From Verrucomicrobiaceae bacterium (GTDB lineage: Bacteria; Verrucomicrobiota; Verrucomicrobiia; Verrucomicrobiales; Akkermansiaceae): a stretch of DNA of 64,000 nucleotides. The notes under the pieces are model-generated. The model did not search any database and was not told where the DNA came from. It saw only the letters and a list, made by a program, of their open reading frames with translations. The position numbers were made by a program, and so were the translations under genes. The stretch lies in assembly GCA_051252135.1 (NCBI GenBank), contig JBPOGH010000005.1:1-64000 (forward strand). Direction: 5' to 3'. Of this stretch, positions 49,117 through 59,338 are shown piece by piece. The first letter of the stretch is position 1; every line of letters starts with the position of its first letter.

Positions 49117-51684
49117 TTATTTGTTGCGGAACAAGGGTGACTGGATGACTTCGTGAATAAGCGTGCGGATACCATACCCTGAATCAGCACACTTGTTGAG
49201 AATTTCTTCTAGGACCGGACGATCACTAAAACGCACCGTCGTCCCCGTCGCATAGGTGATCAATTGCGTCGCCAGATTCCGCGCGATCGCCCGTTCATCT
49301 CGAAGCATCAATTTCTTAAAGGAACGAATATCCGAAAATGGATCCCCGTTCGCGAGCTGCCCGCCCGAATCCACCGGCAGGCCCAGATGAAACGCAAACG
49401 GCTGCCCGTTCTTCCCATACCCTTTCACCAAATTCTCCTTCGCACCAAGCGCCCGATATCGATCCCGCCACGCTCCAAAAACATCAAACGACTCCAGCGC
49501 AAACCCCGGAGGATCAATCGACTTGTGACAGCTGTTGCAACTCTCCACCTCGCGATGCTTCTCCAGCTGCTGCCGAATCGTTTTCGCCCCCCGAATATCC
49601 GGCTCCACCGCCGGAGTCCCCGGTGGCGGGGGGGGCACCTTCTGACCGAGCAATCGCTCCAGTATCCAGTTCCCCCGAATCACCGGCGAGGTCGTCGTCC
49701 CGTTTGCCGTCACCTTCAGCACACTCGCCATCGTCATCAACCCGCCCCGCGGCGAGTCCTCCGGCAGCGTCACCTTCTTCAACGCCACCCCGTGCACTTC
49801 GGGAACGCCGTAGTGCCAACCCAAATGCTCATTCAAAAAGGTAAAGTCACTATCGATCAAATTCCGCGCCGGCATATCAGCCCGAACCAACTCGCTAAAA
49901 AACAACCTCGTTTCATCCAACGCCGACTCCGTTAGCAAGTCATCCAGGTAGTAATCCGGATACAGCGTCGCATCCGGCGTGCTCCCGTGAATCTCACGCA
50001 AATCGAGCCACGAATCCAAAAACGCGTTCACAAATTGCGCCGACTTCGGACTCTCAAGAAGCCGCTCCGCTTGCTCCCGTAATCTCTCATCACCCGTCAG
50101 TCTCCCCTCCTCAGCCACCGTCCGCAGCTCCTCATCCGGCGCGGAATTCCAAAGGAAATACGAAAGCCGCGAAGCCAACGAATGGTCATCCAACTCCCCC
50201 ACCGGCTCCTCAAAACACAAAAAACCCGGCGAACAAAGCACCGCCGTGTAGCCCGCAATCAGAGCATCCGAAAACGTACTCCCGGTCGAAAGCGCCGATT
50301 CAATCACCGGCAAAAATTGCGCCGTATCCTCCTCCGTCGCCGGACGGCGATACGCCTTTCCAATGAAGTTCGCCAGGAAGCGCTTCGACTCCCCCGCCAC
50401 ATCCTCCACGCTGATCACCCCTTTCTCAGGAACCTCCCTCGGTCGATTGATCGAATAAGTCCCAAAGAGCAACTGATGCCCCGCCGGCGGCCACACCTCA
50501 TTAAAAGGCCCCTCAACTTCCATCCACCGATACGCCACTCCCGGAATCCCCTCCAGCGTCGCCAGCGGATTATGAAATGGCCCCGGTGGCCTCGATCGAA
50601 ACAGCCGCGCCGCATCCGGCCCGATGAACTCTCCCCGTTTCAGATGGGTTTCTATCTCAACCACTTTCGCCTCCGGAAAGACATCCACCGATCCCAGCTT
50701 CCGCTGACTCCGGCTCGAGATCGCATACAGACTCACCGGCTCATCACGCTTCCCCGGAAACGCCTTCCCCCGGTCCGCATCAATCCAGTTCTTCCGGTCA
50801 ATCGCTCCCGCCGTGAAGGAATACGCCATCAACCGAATCTTGTAGAACCCGTCAAAAGACGCCTTAAACTGACTGAAGCGCGGCTGAATCGGCTCATAAC
50901 TGCTCGCCAACACCCCCAGCGCCTCCAGCTCCCGTTTCTCGGGATCACTCTCCCCCACTGTCATCGGCTCCTTCTTGTCAATCACCCCCGGCTGCGCCTC
51001 CGTCCCCAACAGCGGAATCATCGCCCGATACGCCGAACTGTTGAACTCGTTGTAAAACACCCTCCCCGCCATCCCTCCCTGCTCCCGCGCATAGAATCGC
51101 CGCACCGTGTGTTCATGCTTCCCGTTCCCCGGCGCAATCACCGCCCGCAGCGCATGATCCGCCGCCTCCATGTAGCGCGCCATTTGCACATGGGAAATAT
51201 CGAGCGCCTCACCCGACTTGCTAAACCGATGGGACTTCCCGTCATCCGGCAAAATCTCCTTCAAATCCAACCACGGCGCCGACAGCAAATCCCGCACCGT
51301 ATTCTCATACTCCACCCGGTTCATCCGCCGCCATGTCGACCGCCCTTCGGTCAGATCTTTCGCCCGCTCCGCCTCCGTGATCATCCGGGACAGCTCACTC
51401 AAAAACGGCTCCCTCTCCTCCTCCGGTGGCCTCTTCTTTTTCTTCGGCGGCATCTCCCCCGCCTCCAGTCGATCATGCACCTTGATCCAAATCTCCATCA
51501 TCGACGGCTCATCAAAACTCTGCCTCAACTCTTCCAAATTCAGTTCCCCCTTCTGCGTCGCCCCATCATGGCAATCGAAACAATGGTCTTCCAAAAACGG
51601 CGTGATCTCAGCCGCGAGAAATGACGATCCCGCCATCGCAAGAAAGGACGTGAAACAGGCCACGGGAGCGCGAGAGGAAATCAT
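49117..51684 (-). CDS. DUF1592/1588/1587/1585 protein with planctomycete-type cytochrome c domain
   Basis: CFDCH, RRMNRVEYENTVRDL, LASRLSYFLW, TSPVIRG, CNSCH. Confidence 0.88.
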   Translation of the reverse strand: MISSRAPVACFTSFLAMAGSSFLAAEITPFLEDHCFDCHDGATQKGELNLEELRQSFDEPSMMEIWIKVHDRLEAGEMPPKKKKRPPEEEREPFLSELSRMITEAERAKDLTEGRSTWRRMNRVEYENTVRDLLSAPWLDLKEILPDDGKSHRFSKSGEALDISHVQMARYMEAADHALRAVIAPGNGKHEHTVRRFYAREQGGMAGRVFYNEFNSSAYRAMIPLLGTEAQPGVIDKKEPMTVGESDPEKRELEALGVLASSYEPIQPRFSQFKASFDGFYKIRLMAYSFTAGAIDRKNWIDADRGKAFPGKRDEPVSLYAISSRSQRKLGSVDVFPEAKVVEIETHLKRGEFIGPDAARLFRSRPPGPFHNPLATLEGIPGVAYRWMEVEGPFNEVWPPAGHQLLFGTYSINRPREVPEKGVISVEDVAGESKRFLANFIGKAYRRPATEEDTAQFLPVIESALSTGSTFSDALIAGYTAVLCSPGFLCFEEPVGELDDHSLASRLSYFLWNSAPDEELRTVAEEGRLTGDERLREQAERLLESPKSAQFVNAFLDSWLDLREIHGSTPDATLYPDYYLDDLLTESALDETRLFFSELVRADMPARNLIDSDFTFLNEHLGWHYGVPEVHGVALKKVTLPEDSPRGGLMTMASVLKVTANGTTTSPVIRGNWILERLLGQKVPPPPPGTPAVEPDIRGAKTIRQQLEKHREVESCNSCHKSIDPPGFALESFDVFGAWRDRYRALGAKENLVKGYGKNGQPFAFHLGLPVDSGGQLANGDPFSDIRSFKKLMLRDERAIARNLATQLITYATGTTVRFSDRPVLEEILNKCADSGYGIRTLIHEVIQSPLFRNK

Positions 51685-51746
51685 CACAAGGGAATCAAGT
51701 GTTTACGACCTCACCCTTCCCCGTTCTTTCACAATCAGACATTCCC

Positions 51747-51968
51747 TCACCTCCCCTGATTCCATTCATGCAATTCATCCACGTCGATTCGATCCTCGTC
51801 CCGTGTCTTCTGCCAATGCCGTCTCTCCAACCCACCCCAATCTTCCGTATCCGTTTTCCCCTTGCGCGCCTGGGCATTCTCAAACGCCTCTTCGTCCGGC
51901 TCAATGGAAGCGCAGGAGGAAAACAAAACTCCTGCACCGGTCATCAGTATTCCAATTTCCCGTCTCAT
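51747..51968 (-). CDS. Small hypothetical lipoprotein
   Basis: MRREIGILMTGAGVLFSSC lipobox. Confidence 0.55.
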   Translation of the reverse strand: MRREIGILMTGAGVLFSSCASIEPDEEAFENAQARKGKTDTEDWGGLERRHWQKTRDEDRIDVDELHEWNQGR

Positions 51969-52095
51969 CCCTCCCATGCTGAAGGGCCAAGGCCCCGAAC
52001 AGCAACGCAAACTTCCACATTTACTCCCGTAGTCCTCCTCTCTACAAGTTGTCCTACATCTTATGCTGTTGCAGTATGGGGCCTTCCCTCCCTTC

Positions 52096-55000
52096 ATGAA
52101 GTTCTTCTTTCTCACGCTCCCGCTCCTCATCTCACACGCCGGAGCCGATCTCGTCGCAGCCTGGCGCTTCGATGAAAACTCCGGCTCCGTCGCCACCGAT
52201 TCCATCAACGGATTCAATGGCACCTGGGTCCCCGGCTCCAATTCCTCCCCCAATTGGCAACCCGCCTCCGGCCTCTTCGGCGGTGCCATCGATTTCCCCG
52301 GCGCCGGAAATCACCAAAATTTCTTCCGCGTCTCAAACTTCGCCGCCCTCGAAAACGGCTCCGGCCTCACCATCTCGGTCTGGCTCCAACCCCAAGGCCA
52401 ATCCGGCTACCGCGGTATCTTCATGACCCGCGATGTCACCGACTCCGACTCCGGCCAAAACTACGGCATCGGACACGAGGACTCCCATCTCGACGGCCGC
52501 ATCAGCGGCTCCGCCGTCGACACCCCCAATGGCACCCTCCCCGTCTCGTCCACTTGGATTCACGCCGCCCTCGTTTGGAACAAGTCCTCCGGAAACTACC
52601 GGGCCTACATCAACGGCCAACCCTCCGGCAGCCCCAACACCGCCTCCGGATTCAACATCAACGCCAGCGGCGAATGGCGCATCGCCGATGACGCCTGTTG
52701 CAACGGTCGAAACTTCAACGGCCTCATGGACGACCTCGCCGTCTGGAACGAACCCCTTTCCGATGCCGAAGTCCGGGCCCTCTACGACAACGGACTCAAT
52801 GGCATCATCGCCGGCGAAAACCCTCCTCTCCCCACCACCGATCCCCTCAACGTCGGCCTCGTCATCAACGAAATCCACTACGACTCCGACCCCAAAACCG
52901 ACTTCGTCGAGTTCCTCGAAATCCTCAACACCAACGACACCCCGCTCGACATCAGCGGCTACCGCTTCACTTCCGGCATCACCTTTCAGTTCCCCCCCAA
53001 CACCATCCTCCCCCCCACCGGCTACCTCCTCCTCGCCGAAAACCCCTCCGCCCTCACGGCAAAATTCTCCCTCCTCCCAAACGACGTCCCCATCCTCCCC
53101 TACACCGGAAACCTCGATAGCGATGGCGAAACCATCACCCTCGAAACCTCCACCGGTATCCAGATCGATCGCGTAAAATACAAAGATGAATTCCCCTGGC
53201 CCATCTCCACCGACGGCGATGGCGACTCCATGCAACTCATGAACGCCACCGTCGACAACGACCTCGGCGGCGCATGGCAGGGCGGCTTCCCCACCCCCGG
53301 TTATCAAAATGTCACCTTCGCCGAAAACACCGCGCCCCAAATCCGCCAAGTCACACACACCCCGCTGACACCCGCCGCATCGCAATCCACCACCATCACC
53401 ACAAAAGTCGACGACATCCAGGGCGTCTCTTCCGTCACCCTCACCTACCAAATCGTCGCCCCCGGCAGCTACATTTCCGCCTTCCTCCCCCTCCCTCGCG
53501 GCATCGTCCAAAGCGACCCCACTCGCAATCGCGACCCCAACCCCGACTTCGAAAACCCCGCCAACTGGACCACCCTCACCATGGTCGATGACGGCACCAA
53601 CGGCGACCTCCTCGCAGGCGACTCCATCTTCACCGCCACCCTCCCCGCCCAACCCCACCGCACCCTCGTGCGCTACCGCATCACCGCCACCGACACCCTT
53701 TCCAAATCCATCCGCGCCCCCTTCGCCGATGACCCGTCCCTCAACTTCGCCTACTTCTCCTACAACGGCGTCCCCGACTACACCGCTTCCCAACACTCCG
53801 TCCACCCCGACGGCCCCGGCCACGTCTACCCCTCCTCTCTGCTCACCTCCATTCCGGTCTATCACCTCATCACCGACCCCGACGACCTCGCCCAATGCTG
53901 GGCTTACGATTCCGCCGATCGCGTCGGCAGCGTTGAAGCACGCAAGGCCTACAATTGGGAAGGCACCTTCGTCTACGAGGGCGTCGTCTACGATCACCTG
54001 AACTACCGCCTCCGTCAGCGAAACGACCGCTACGCCGGACAAGGTCGCCGCTCCATGAAGTTCCGCTTCAACGACGGCCACTACTTCCAGGCCCGCAACC
54101 CCGAAGGTCAAAAATACAACTTCAAATGGCGCACCATGAACACCAGCAAGATGACCCGCTTCGGCAGCAACAGCAGCTTCGGGCTTCGTGAAATGACCTC
54201 CTCCCGCCTCTGGAATCTCGCCGGTGTCATCGCCCCCGAATTCCAGCACGTCCACTTCCGCGTCATCGATGGCGCCGACGAAGCACCCGATCAATATCAC
54301 GGCGATTTCTACGGCCTCTCCATGGTCTTCGAGGACGCCGACGCCCAATTCCTAAAAGAGCGCAACCTCCCAAAAGGAAACGTCTACAAGCTCAAGGACG
54401 GAGCCGGTGACCCCAAGGACCTCCAAAAATACCAGGCCCGCACCGCCGTCACCGACGCCTCCGATTTCATCAACATCCGCGATAACCTCGGCCCGCCCAC
54501 CCAGTCCGACCAATGGCTCCGCGACAACGTCGATTGGGACCGCTGGTATCTCTACGCCTCCCTCGGCGAAGGATTCCGCCACTACGATTTCTCCCCCGCC
54601 TTCCAAAAAAACCGCATCTGGTACTTCACCCCCTCACCCGACAATCCGCTCGGTAAAATGTCCGTCATCCCACACGACACCGACGCCACCTGGGGATACG
54701 GCACCAACGACGCCCAGTGGGACGACCCACGCTACTCCGGCGGCACCCTCCCCGATGGCTCCACCTACCGCGGCCGCGTCGTCGGCATCGATCTCCCCAA
54801 GGAAGCCATTCAGGAAATCACCGGACTCGATGGCACCGATGGCGAAAACCACCCCGAGCGCGAAGCCTTCATGCTCGAGTATCGCAACGTCATCCGCGAG
54901 GTCTCCGATCTCCTCTGGCATCCCGAAACCGTCCACTCCGAAATGCACCGCGCCTACCTCAACATCGCAGCGTTCTCCCTCGCCGATCGCGACCGCTGGG

Positions 55001-56859
55001 ACAAGGGACCCGACGATGCCGGAAATGAAAACATGGTCGCCATCGGGAACATCCTCAACCCCATCAAAAATCTCGCCTTCGATGCCGACCTCTACATGGG
55101 CTCCGTTCTAACAGGAGGCCGCGCCGAACGCCTCCGCCAACTGGCCATCGATGACAACATCCCCGCCAAACCCATCCTCACCTACACCGGCCACCCCGAC
55201 TACCTCCCCGGCTCCATCTCCTTCTCCACCACCTCCTTCGATGACCCGCAAGGAGCAGGAACCTTCGCCGCCCTCGAATGGCGCGTCGCCGAAGTCCCGC
55301 CCCCACTTCCATCAACCCCCACCCAATACCTCCAGACCGGACACCTCTGGAAATACTTCGATCTCGGCACCGACCCCGGCTCTACCTGGTCCGCCGAAAC
55401 CTTCGATGACTCCACCTGGCCACAAGGCCCATCCGAGCTCGGCTACGGCGATGACCAGACTACCGAAGTCGGCTTCATCGATCTCGACCCCGGCACCTTC
55501 GGAAATCAAAGAAACTCCACCACCTTCTTCCGCTCCACCGTCACCATCCCGGACGCCAACGCCTCCTACGAAGCCCAAATCAAGTTCGATGACGGCGCCG
55601 TCGTCTTCATCAACGGCGAAGAAGTCTACCGCGCCGAGGTCGCCGATGACACCCCCGCCCACCTCACCTACGCCGACTCCAACCGCAGTGACGAAAACGC
55701 CTACGACACCTTCCTCATTCCAAGCGACGTCCTCAAAACAGGCCCCAACACCGTCGCCGTTTCCATCCACCAAAATAGCGCCACCAGCAGTGACATCAGC
55801 TTCGACATGATCCTCCAGGATCAAACCAGCTTCTTCATCAACAACGTCCACGAATGGCACCCCACCTGGGAATCCGGCCCCCTCACCTCCTTCCAGTCCG
55901 CCACTCTCATCCCCGCCGCCGCTACCCGCACCGGCTCCACCTACCGCGCCCGCGTCCGCCATCAGGACACCTCCGGACGCTGGAGCCATTGGTCCGATCC
56001 CGTCGAGTTCATCGCCGGACAACCCGATGCCTCCGACTTCATCAATGCCCTCGTCGTCAGTGAAATCATGTATCACCCCGCCGACCTCACCCAACCCGAG
56101 CGCGACGCCGGCTTCACCGACCCCGACCAATTCGAATACCTCGAAATCCGAAACGTCAGCACCCTCCCCATTGATCTCACCGACGTCCGCTTCACCAAGG
56201 GCGTCGACTTCGACTTCGTCAACGGCACCATCACCACCCTCCCCGCCGGCGGCTTCGCCCTCATCGTCCGGGACCAAACCGCCTTCGCTCTCCGCTACGG
56301 TTCCGGCCACCCCGTCGCCGGAACCTTCTCCGGGAAACTCAGCAACTCGGAGGACTTCGTAAAACTCTCCTTCGGCGCCGGAGAACCCATCCGCGAATTC
56401 ACCTACTACGATACCTCCCCCTGGCCCACCGGACCCGATGGCGGAGGATACAGCCTCACCCTCATCAACCCCCGCAGCCTCCCCAATCACGACGATCCCT
56501 TCAACTGGCGTCAAAGTGACCTCATCGGCGGCATGCCCGGCTCCCTCGACGCCTCCCTCTTCACCGGCACCACTCTCGAAGAGCTCAAAACGTACGCCTT
56601 CGATAACTCCACTCCCTCCCTCTCTTCCCAAAACGGCGGCATCACCTTCAGCCTCATCACCCGTCTCGATAGCGACAACCTCGCCTACCAAATCCTCGCC
56701 TCCTCCGATCTCATCAACTGGAACCTCCCCACCACCTTCCTCACCCGCACCAACCTCGTCCCCCTCCCCAACGGCCTCGCCCGCGCCACCTACTCCGGAA
56801 CCATTCCCCCGGAGCATCAAAAACTCTTCCTCCGCTACGAAGCCTCCCAAGAAGACTAA
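52096..56859 (+). CDS. Large secreted LamG + lamin-tail + CotH-kinase-like protein
   Basis: WRFDE...W.HAALVW...DDLAVWN (LamG); VINEIHY and VVSEIMY (LTD); central YRLR...SMKFRF...PHDTDATWG (CotH-like). Confidence 0.8.
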   Translation: MKFFFLTLPLLISHAGADLVAAWRFDENSGSVATDSINGFNGTWVPGSNSSPNWQPASGLFGGAIDFPGAGNHQNFFRVSNFAALENGSGLTISVWLQPQGQSGYRGIFMTRDVTDSDSGQNYGIGHEDSHLDGRISGSAVDTPNGTLPVSSTWIHAALVWNKSSGNYRAYINGQPSGSPNTASGFNINASGEWRIADDACCNGRNFNGLMDDLAVWNEPLSDAEVRALYDNGLNGIIAGENPPLPTTDPLNVGLVINEIHYDSDPKTDFVEFLEILNTNDTPLDISGYRFTSGITFQFPPNTILPPTGYLLLAENPSALTAKFSLLPNDVPILPYTGNLDSDGETITLETSTGIQIDRVKYKDEFPWPISTDGDGDSMQLMNATVDNDLGGAWQGGFPTPGYQNVTFAENTAPQIRQVTHTPLTPAASQSTTITTKVDDIQGVSSVTLTYQIVAPGSYISAFLPLPRGIVQSDPTRNRDPNPDFENPANWTTLTMVDDGTNGDLLAGDSIFTATLPAQPHRTLVRYRITATDTLSKSIRAPFADDPSLNFAYFSYNGVPDYTASQHSVHPDGPGHVYPSSLLTSIPVYHLITDPDDLAQCWAYDSADRVGSVEARKAYNWEGTFVYEGVVYDHLNYRLRQRNDRYAGQGRRSMKFRFNDGHYFQARNPEGQKYNFKWRTMNTSKMTRFGSNSSFGLREMTSSRLWNLAGVIAPEFQHVHFRVIDGADEAPDQYHGDFYGLSMVFEDADAQFLKERNLPKGNVYKLKDGAGDPKDLQKYQARTAVTDASDFINIRDNLGPPTQSDQWLRDNVDWDRWYLYASLGEGFRHYDFSPAFQKNRIWYFTPSPDNPLGKMSVIPHDTDATWGYGTNDAQWDDPRYSGGTLPDGSTYRGRVVGIDLPKEAIQEITGLDGTDGENHPEREAFMLEYRNVIREVSDLLWHPETVHSEMHRAYLNIAAFSLADRDRWDKGPDDAGNENMVAIGNILNPIKNLAFDADLYMGSVLTGGRAERLRQLAIDDNIPAKPILTYTGHPDYLPGSISFSTTSFDDPQGAGTFAALEWRVAEVPPPLPSTPTQYLQTGHLWKYFDLGTDPGSTWSAETFDDSTWPQGPSELGYGDDQTTEVGFIDLDPGTFGNQRNSTTFFRSTVTIPDANASYEAQIKFDDGAVVFINGEEVYRAEVADDTPAHLTYADSNRSDENAYDTFLIPSDVLKTGPNTVAVSIHQNSATSSDISFDMILQDQTSFFINNVHEWHPTWESGPLTSFQSATLIPAAATRTGSTYRARVRHQDTSGRWSHWSDPVEFIAGQPDASDFINALVVSEIMYHPADLTQPERDAGFTDPDQFEYLEIRNVSTLPIDLTDVRFTKGVDFDFVNGTITTLPAGGFALIVRDQTAFALRYGSGHPVAGTFSGKLSNSEDFVKLSFGAGEPIREFTYYDTSPWPTGPDGGGYSLTLINPRSLPNHDDPFNWRQSDLIGGMPGSLDASLFTGTTLEELKTYAFDNSTPSLSSQNGGITFSLITRLDSDNLAYQILASSDLINWNLPTTFLTRTNLVPLPNGLARATYSGTIPPEHQKLFLRYEASQED

Positions 56860-56924
56860 GTCGCCCTTTCCCGGCCATCTGAATCGACTCCTCACCCAAT
56901 TCCCGATTCAATGGCCGCTCACGC

Positions 56925-58157
56925 ATGGCCCTACCGGAAAAATCATTCGAGAACGTCCCCCGCCAACTCTTCCTCGTTCGCCTCATCATCGCCATCGCGC
57001 TCCTCAGCGCCATCGCCATCAGCACCACGCTCTGGTATTCCGCCGACCGCGTCTACCCCGTCCTCCCCTTCGGCCCCTTCCCCACCCTCCCCCCATGGGC
57101 CGAAGCCTTCTGCCTCATCGGTCTCTTCGCTTCCCTCGTCGGCTCCCTGATTCCCCATAAATTCCAGCGCCTCTTCGCCGCCTCCACCGTCCTCATCTTC
57201 GCCTTCCACACCGCCTGCGACCAAACCCGCTGGCAACCCTGGGTCTATCAGTATCTCCTGATGCTCATCCCCTTCCTCTGGTGGAATCCCGCCTCCCCCT
57301 CCTCCGGCACCCTCCTTCTCAAAACCCACCGCTTCATCCTCATCGGCATCTACTTCTGGTCCGGCTTCCATAAGATCGGCCCTGAGTTCCACGGCATCTG
57401 GACCGAGAGCGTCGCCAAACCCGTCCTCGCTCTCCTCGATGACGGAGGCCTCAAAACCTTCGTCACCAATCTCTCCCGCTACATCCCTTACCTCGAAATG
57501 GGCATCGCCCTCCTCCTCGCCATCCCCCGCACCCGCCTCTTCGGCATCATCTCGGCCACCCTCATGCACCTCTCCCTCCTCGTCATGATCGGCCCCCTCA
57601 TGGCCGATCGCAACGAGGTCATCTGGCCCTGGAACATCGCCATGATCGCCCTCGTCATCGTCCTCTTTAAATCCAAAACCACCACCCCTTTCCCCTTCGC
57701 CTGGCGTCGCGCCTCCATCCCCGCCAAAGCCACCCTCGCCCTCTTCGCCATCATCGTCGGCATCATGCCCTCACAGTGGTCCAAAGGCCTCTGGGACGAA
57801 TACCCCTCCTTCCACCTCTACAGCGGAAAAAGCCAACGCTTCGTCCTCATCCTTCTCCCCCTCGGAGAAAAAAAACTCTCCCCGGAACAACGCCAGTTCC
57901 TCTTCTCCGATCCCCCCAGACTCTCCGAGCTCAATATCGACAACTGGGCCTTCAAGGAACTTAAAGTCCCCTCCGTCTCGGACGACCGCGTCGCCCTCCA
58001 ATGGATGAAAGCCCTCATGGAAACCGACTTCACCGACCGCGACTGCTTCATCCACCACGATCGACCCCGCAGCACAACCACCGGCTCCAACAAATACCGC
58101 CCCTCCCAAATCCGCACAATGGACAGCATCCCGCCCCTCCCACCCGCACGGAAGTAG
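56925..58157 (+). CDS. HTTM/DoxX-like membrane protein
   Basis: DQTRWQPWVYQY, IYFWSGFHK, EM.IA.LL, MH, VIWPWN. Confidence 0.7.
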   Translation: MALPEKSFENVPRQLFLVRLIIAIALLSAIAISTTLWYSADRVYPVLPFGPFPTLPPWAEAFCLIGLFASLVGSLIPHKFQRLFAASTVLIFAFHTACDQTRWQPWVYQYLLMLIPFLWWNPASPSSGTLLLKTHRFILIGIYFWSGFHKIGPEFHGIWTESVAKPVLALLDDGGLKTFVTNLSRYIPYLEMGIALLLAIPRTRLFGIISATLMHLSLLVMIGPLMADRNEVIWPWNIAMIALVIVLFKSKTTTPFPFAWRRASIPAKATLALFAIIVGIMPSQWSKGLWDEYPSFHLYSGKSQRFVLILLPLGEKKLSPEQRQFLFSDPPRLSELNIDNWAFKELKVPSVSDDRVALQWMKALMETDFTDRDCFIHHDRPRSTTTGSNKYRPSQIRTMDSIPPLPPARK

Positions 58158-58181
58158 CCTCCCACCCTCTCAGGTTTCCCC

Positions 58182-59270
58182 ATGCAACTCTACCTCCACA
58201 TCCCCTTCTGCCACCGCATCTGCCCCTACTGCTCGTTCTACAAGCACACCCCCGGCGGCACTGATCTCGGCGCTTTCGTCGAAGCCCTCCTCACCGAAGC
58301 CCGCTTCGCCAAAAAGAACAACCTCCCCCCACTCACCACCATCTACCTCGGCGGCGGCACCCCCTCCATGCTCTCGCCCACCCACCTCACCCGCCTCCTC
58401 ACCGGCCTGCGTGACGTCTTCAACTTCGACTCCCTCACCGAACTCACCCTCGAGGCAAACCCCGCCACCTTCACCCCCAAGACCGCCCAACTCTATGCCG
58501 ACCTCGGCATCACCCGCGTCTCCCTCGGCATCCAGTCCTTCCACCCCACCCACCTCAAAACCCTCGGCCGCGAGCACTCCCGCGAACAAGCCCTCCAATC
58601 CGTCGCCGCCCTCCGCGAAGCACCCTCACTCGAGGTCAACATCGACCTCATCTTCTCCGTCCCCGGACAATCCCTCGCCGACTGGGAAGCCACCCTCGAC
58701 GAAGCCCTCGCCGCAAAACCCGACCACCTCTCCGCCTACAATCTCACCTACGAGGAGGACACCACCTTCTTCGAACAGTTTGAAAAAGGAAACTTCACTG
58801 ACGACCCCGACCTCAACGCCCAAATGTTCACCCTCGCCCACCACAAACTCACCACCGCGGGCTACGAGCACTACGAAACCTCAAACTACGCCCTCCCCGG
58901 CAAACGCTCCCGGCACAACCACGGCTACTGGGTCGGAAATGACTACCTCGGCCTCGGCCCCTCCGCCGTCTCCACCATCCGCCGCACCCGACACCAAAAT
59001 GTCTGCGACACCGCAGCCTACCTCAAGCGCATCAACGCCGTCGGACACGCCCAGGATTCCATCGAACACCTCGACGACGAAGCCTGGCGCCTCGAACGCC
59101 TCGCCCTCCAGCTCCGCACCATCGAGGGCCTCCCCAAAAAATTCCTCCTCCCGGACACCGACCTCTCCCACCTCCTCGCCCAAGGCCTCATCGAGGAAAC
59201 AGAAACCCACCTCCGCCTCACCGGCGATGGCCCCCTCCTCGTCGACTCCATCGCCGCCGACCTCGCCTGA
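58182..59270 (+). CDS. hemW: Radical SAM heme chaperone HemW
   Basis: LYLHIPFCHRICPYCSF, GGGTPS, EANP, YETSNY, HN..YW, GLGPSA. Confidence 0.88.
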   Translation: MQLYLHIPFCHRICPYCSFYKHTPGGTDLGAFVEALLTEARFAKKNNLPPLTTIYLGGGTPSMLSPTHLTRLLTGLRDVFNFDSLTELTLEANPATFTPKTAQLYADLGITRVSLGIQSFHPTHLKTLGREHSREQALQSVAALREAPSLEVNIDLIFSVPGQSLADWEATLDEALAAKPDHLSAYNLTYEEDTTFFEQFEKGNFTDDPDLNAQMFTLAHHKLTTAGYEHYETSNYALPGKRSRHNHGYWVGNDYLGLGPSAVSTIRRTRHQNVCDTAAYLKRINAVGHAQDSIEHLDDEAWRLERLALQLRTIEGLPKKFLLPDTDLSHLLAQGLIEETETHLRLTGDGPLLVDSIAADLA

Positions 59271-59324
59271 CCCCGTTCTAACACTTGCCAATTCAACTTG
59301 AAAAAGCCCCCCTCTGAAATAAGG

Positions 59325-59338
59325 TGTTCAAATTAACA
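59325..59338. promoter_or_regulatory. Verrucomicrobia-type LexA box (1 mismatch)
   Basis: TGTTC-AAAT-TAACA versus consensus TGTTC-N4-GAACA; TTGAAA at 59298 and TAAGGT at 59320 look like -35/-10. Confidence 0.65.
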
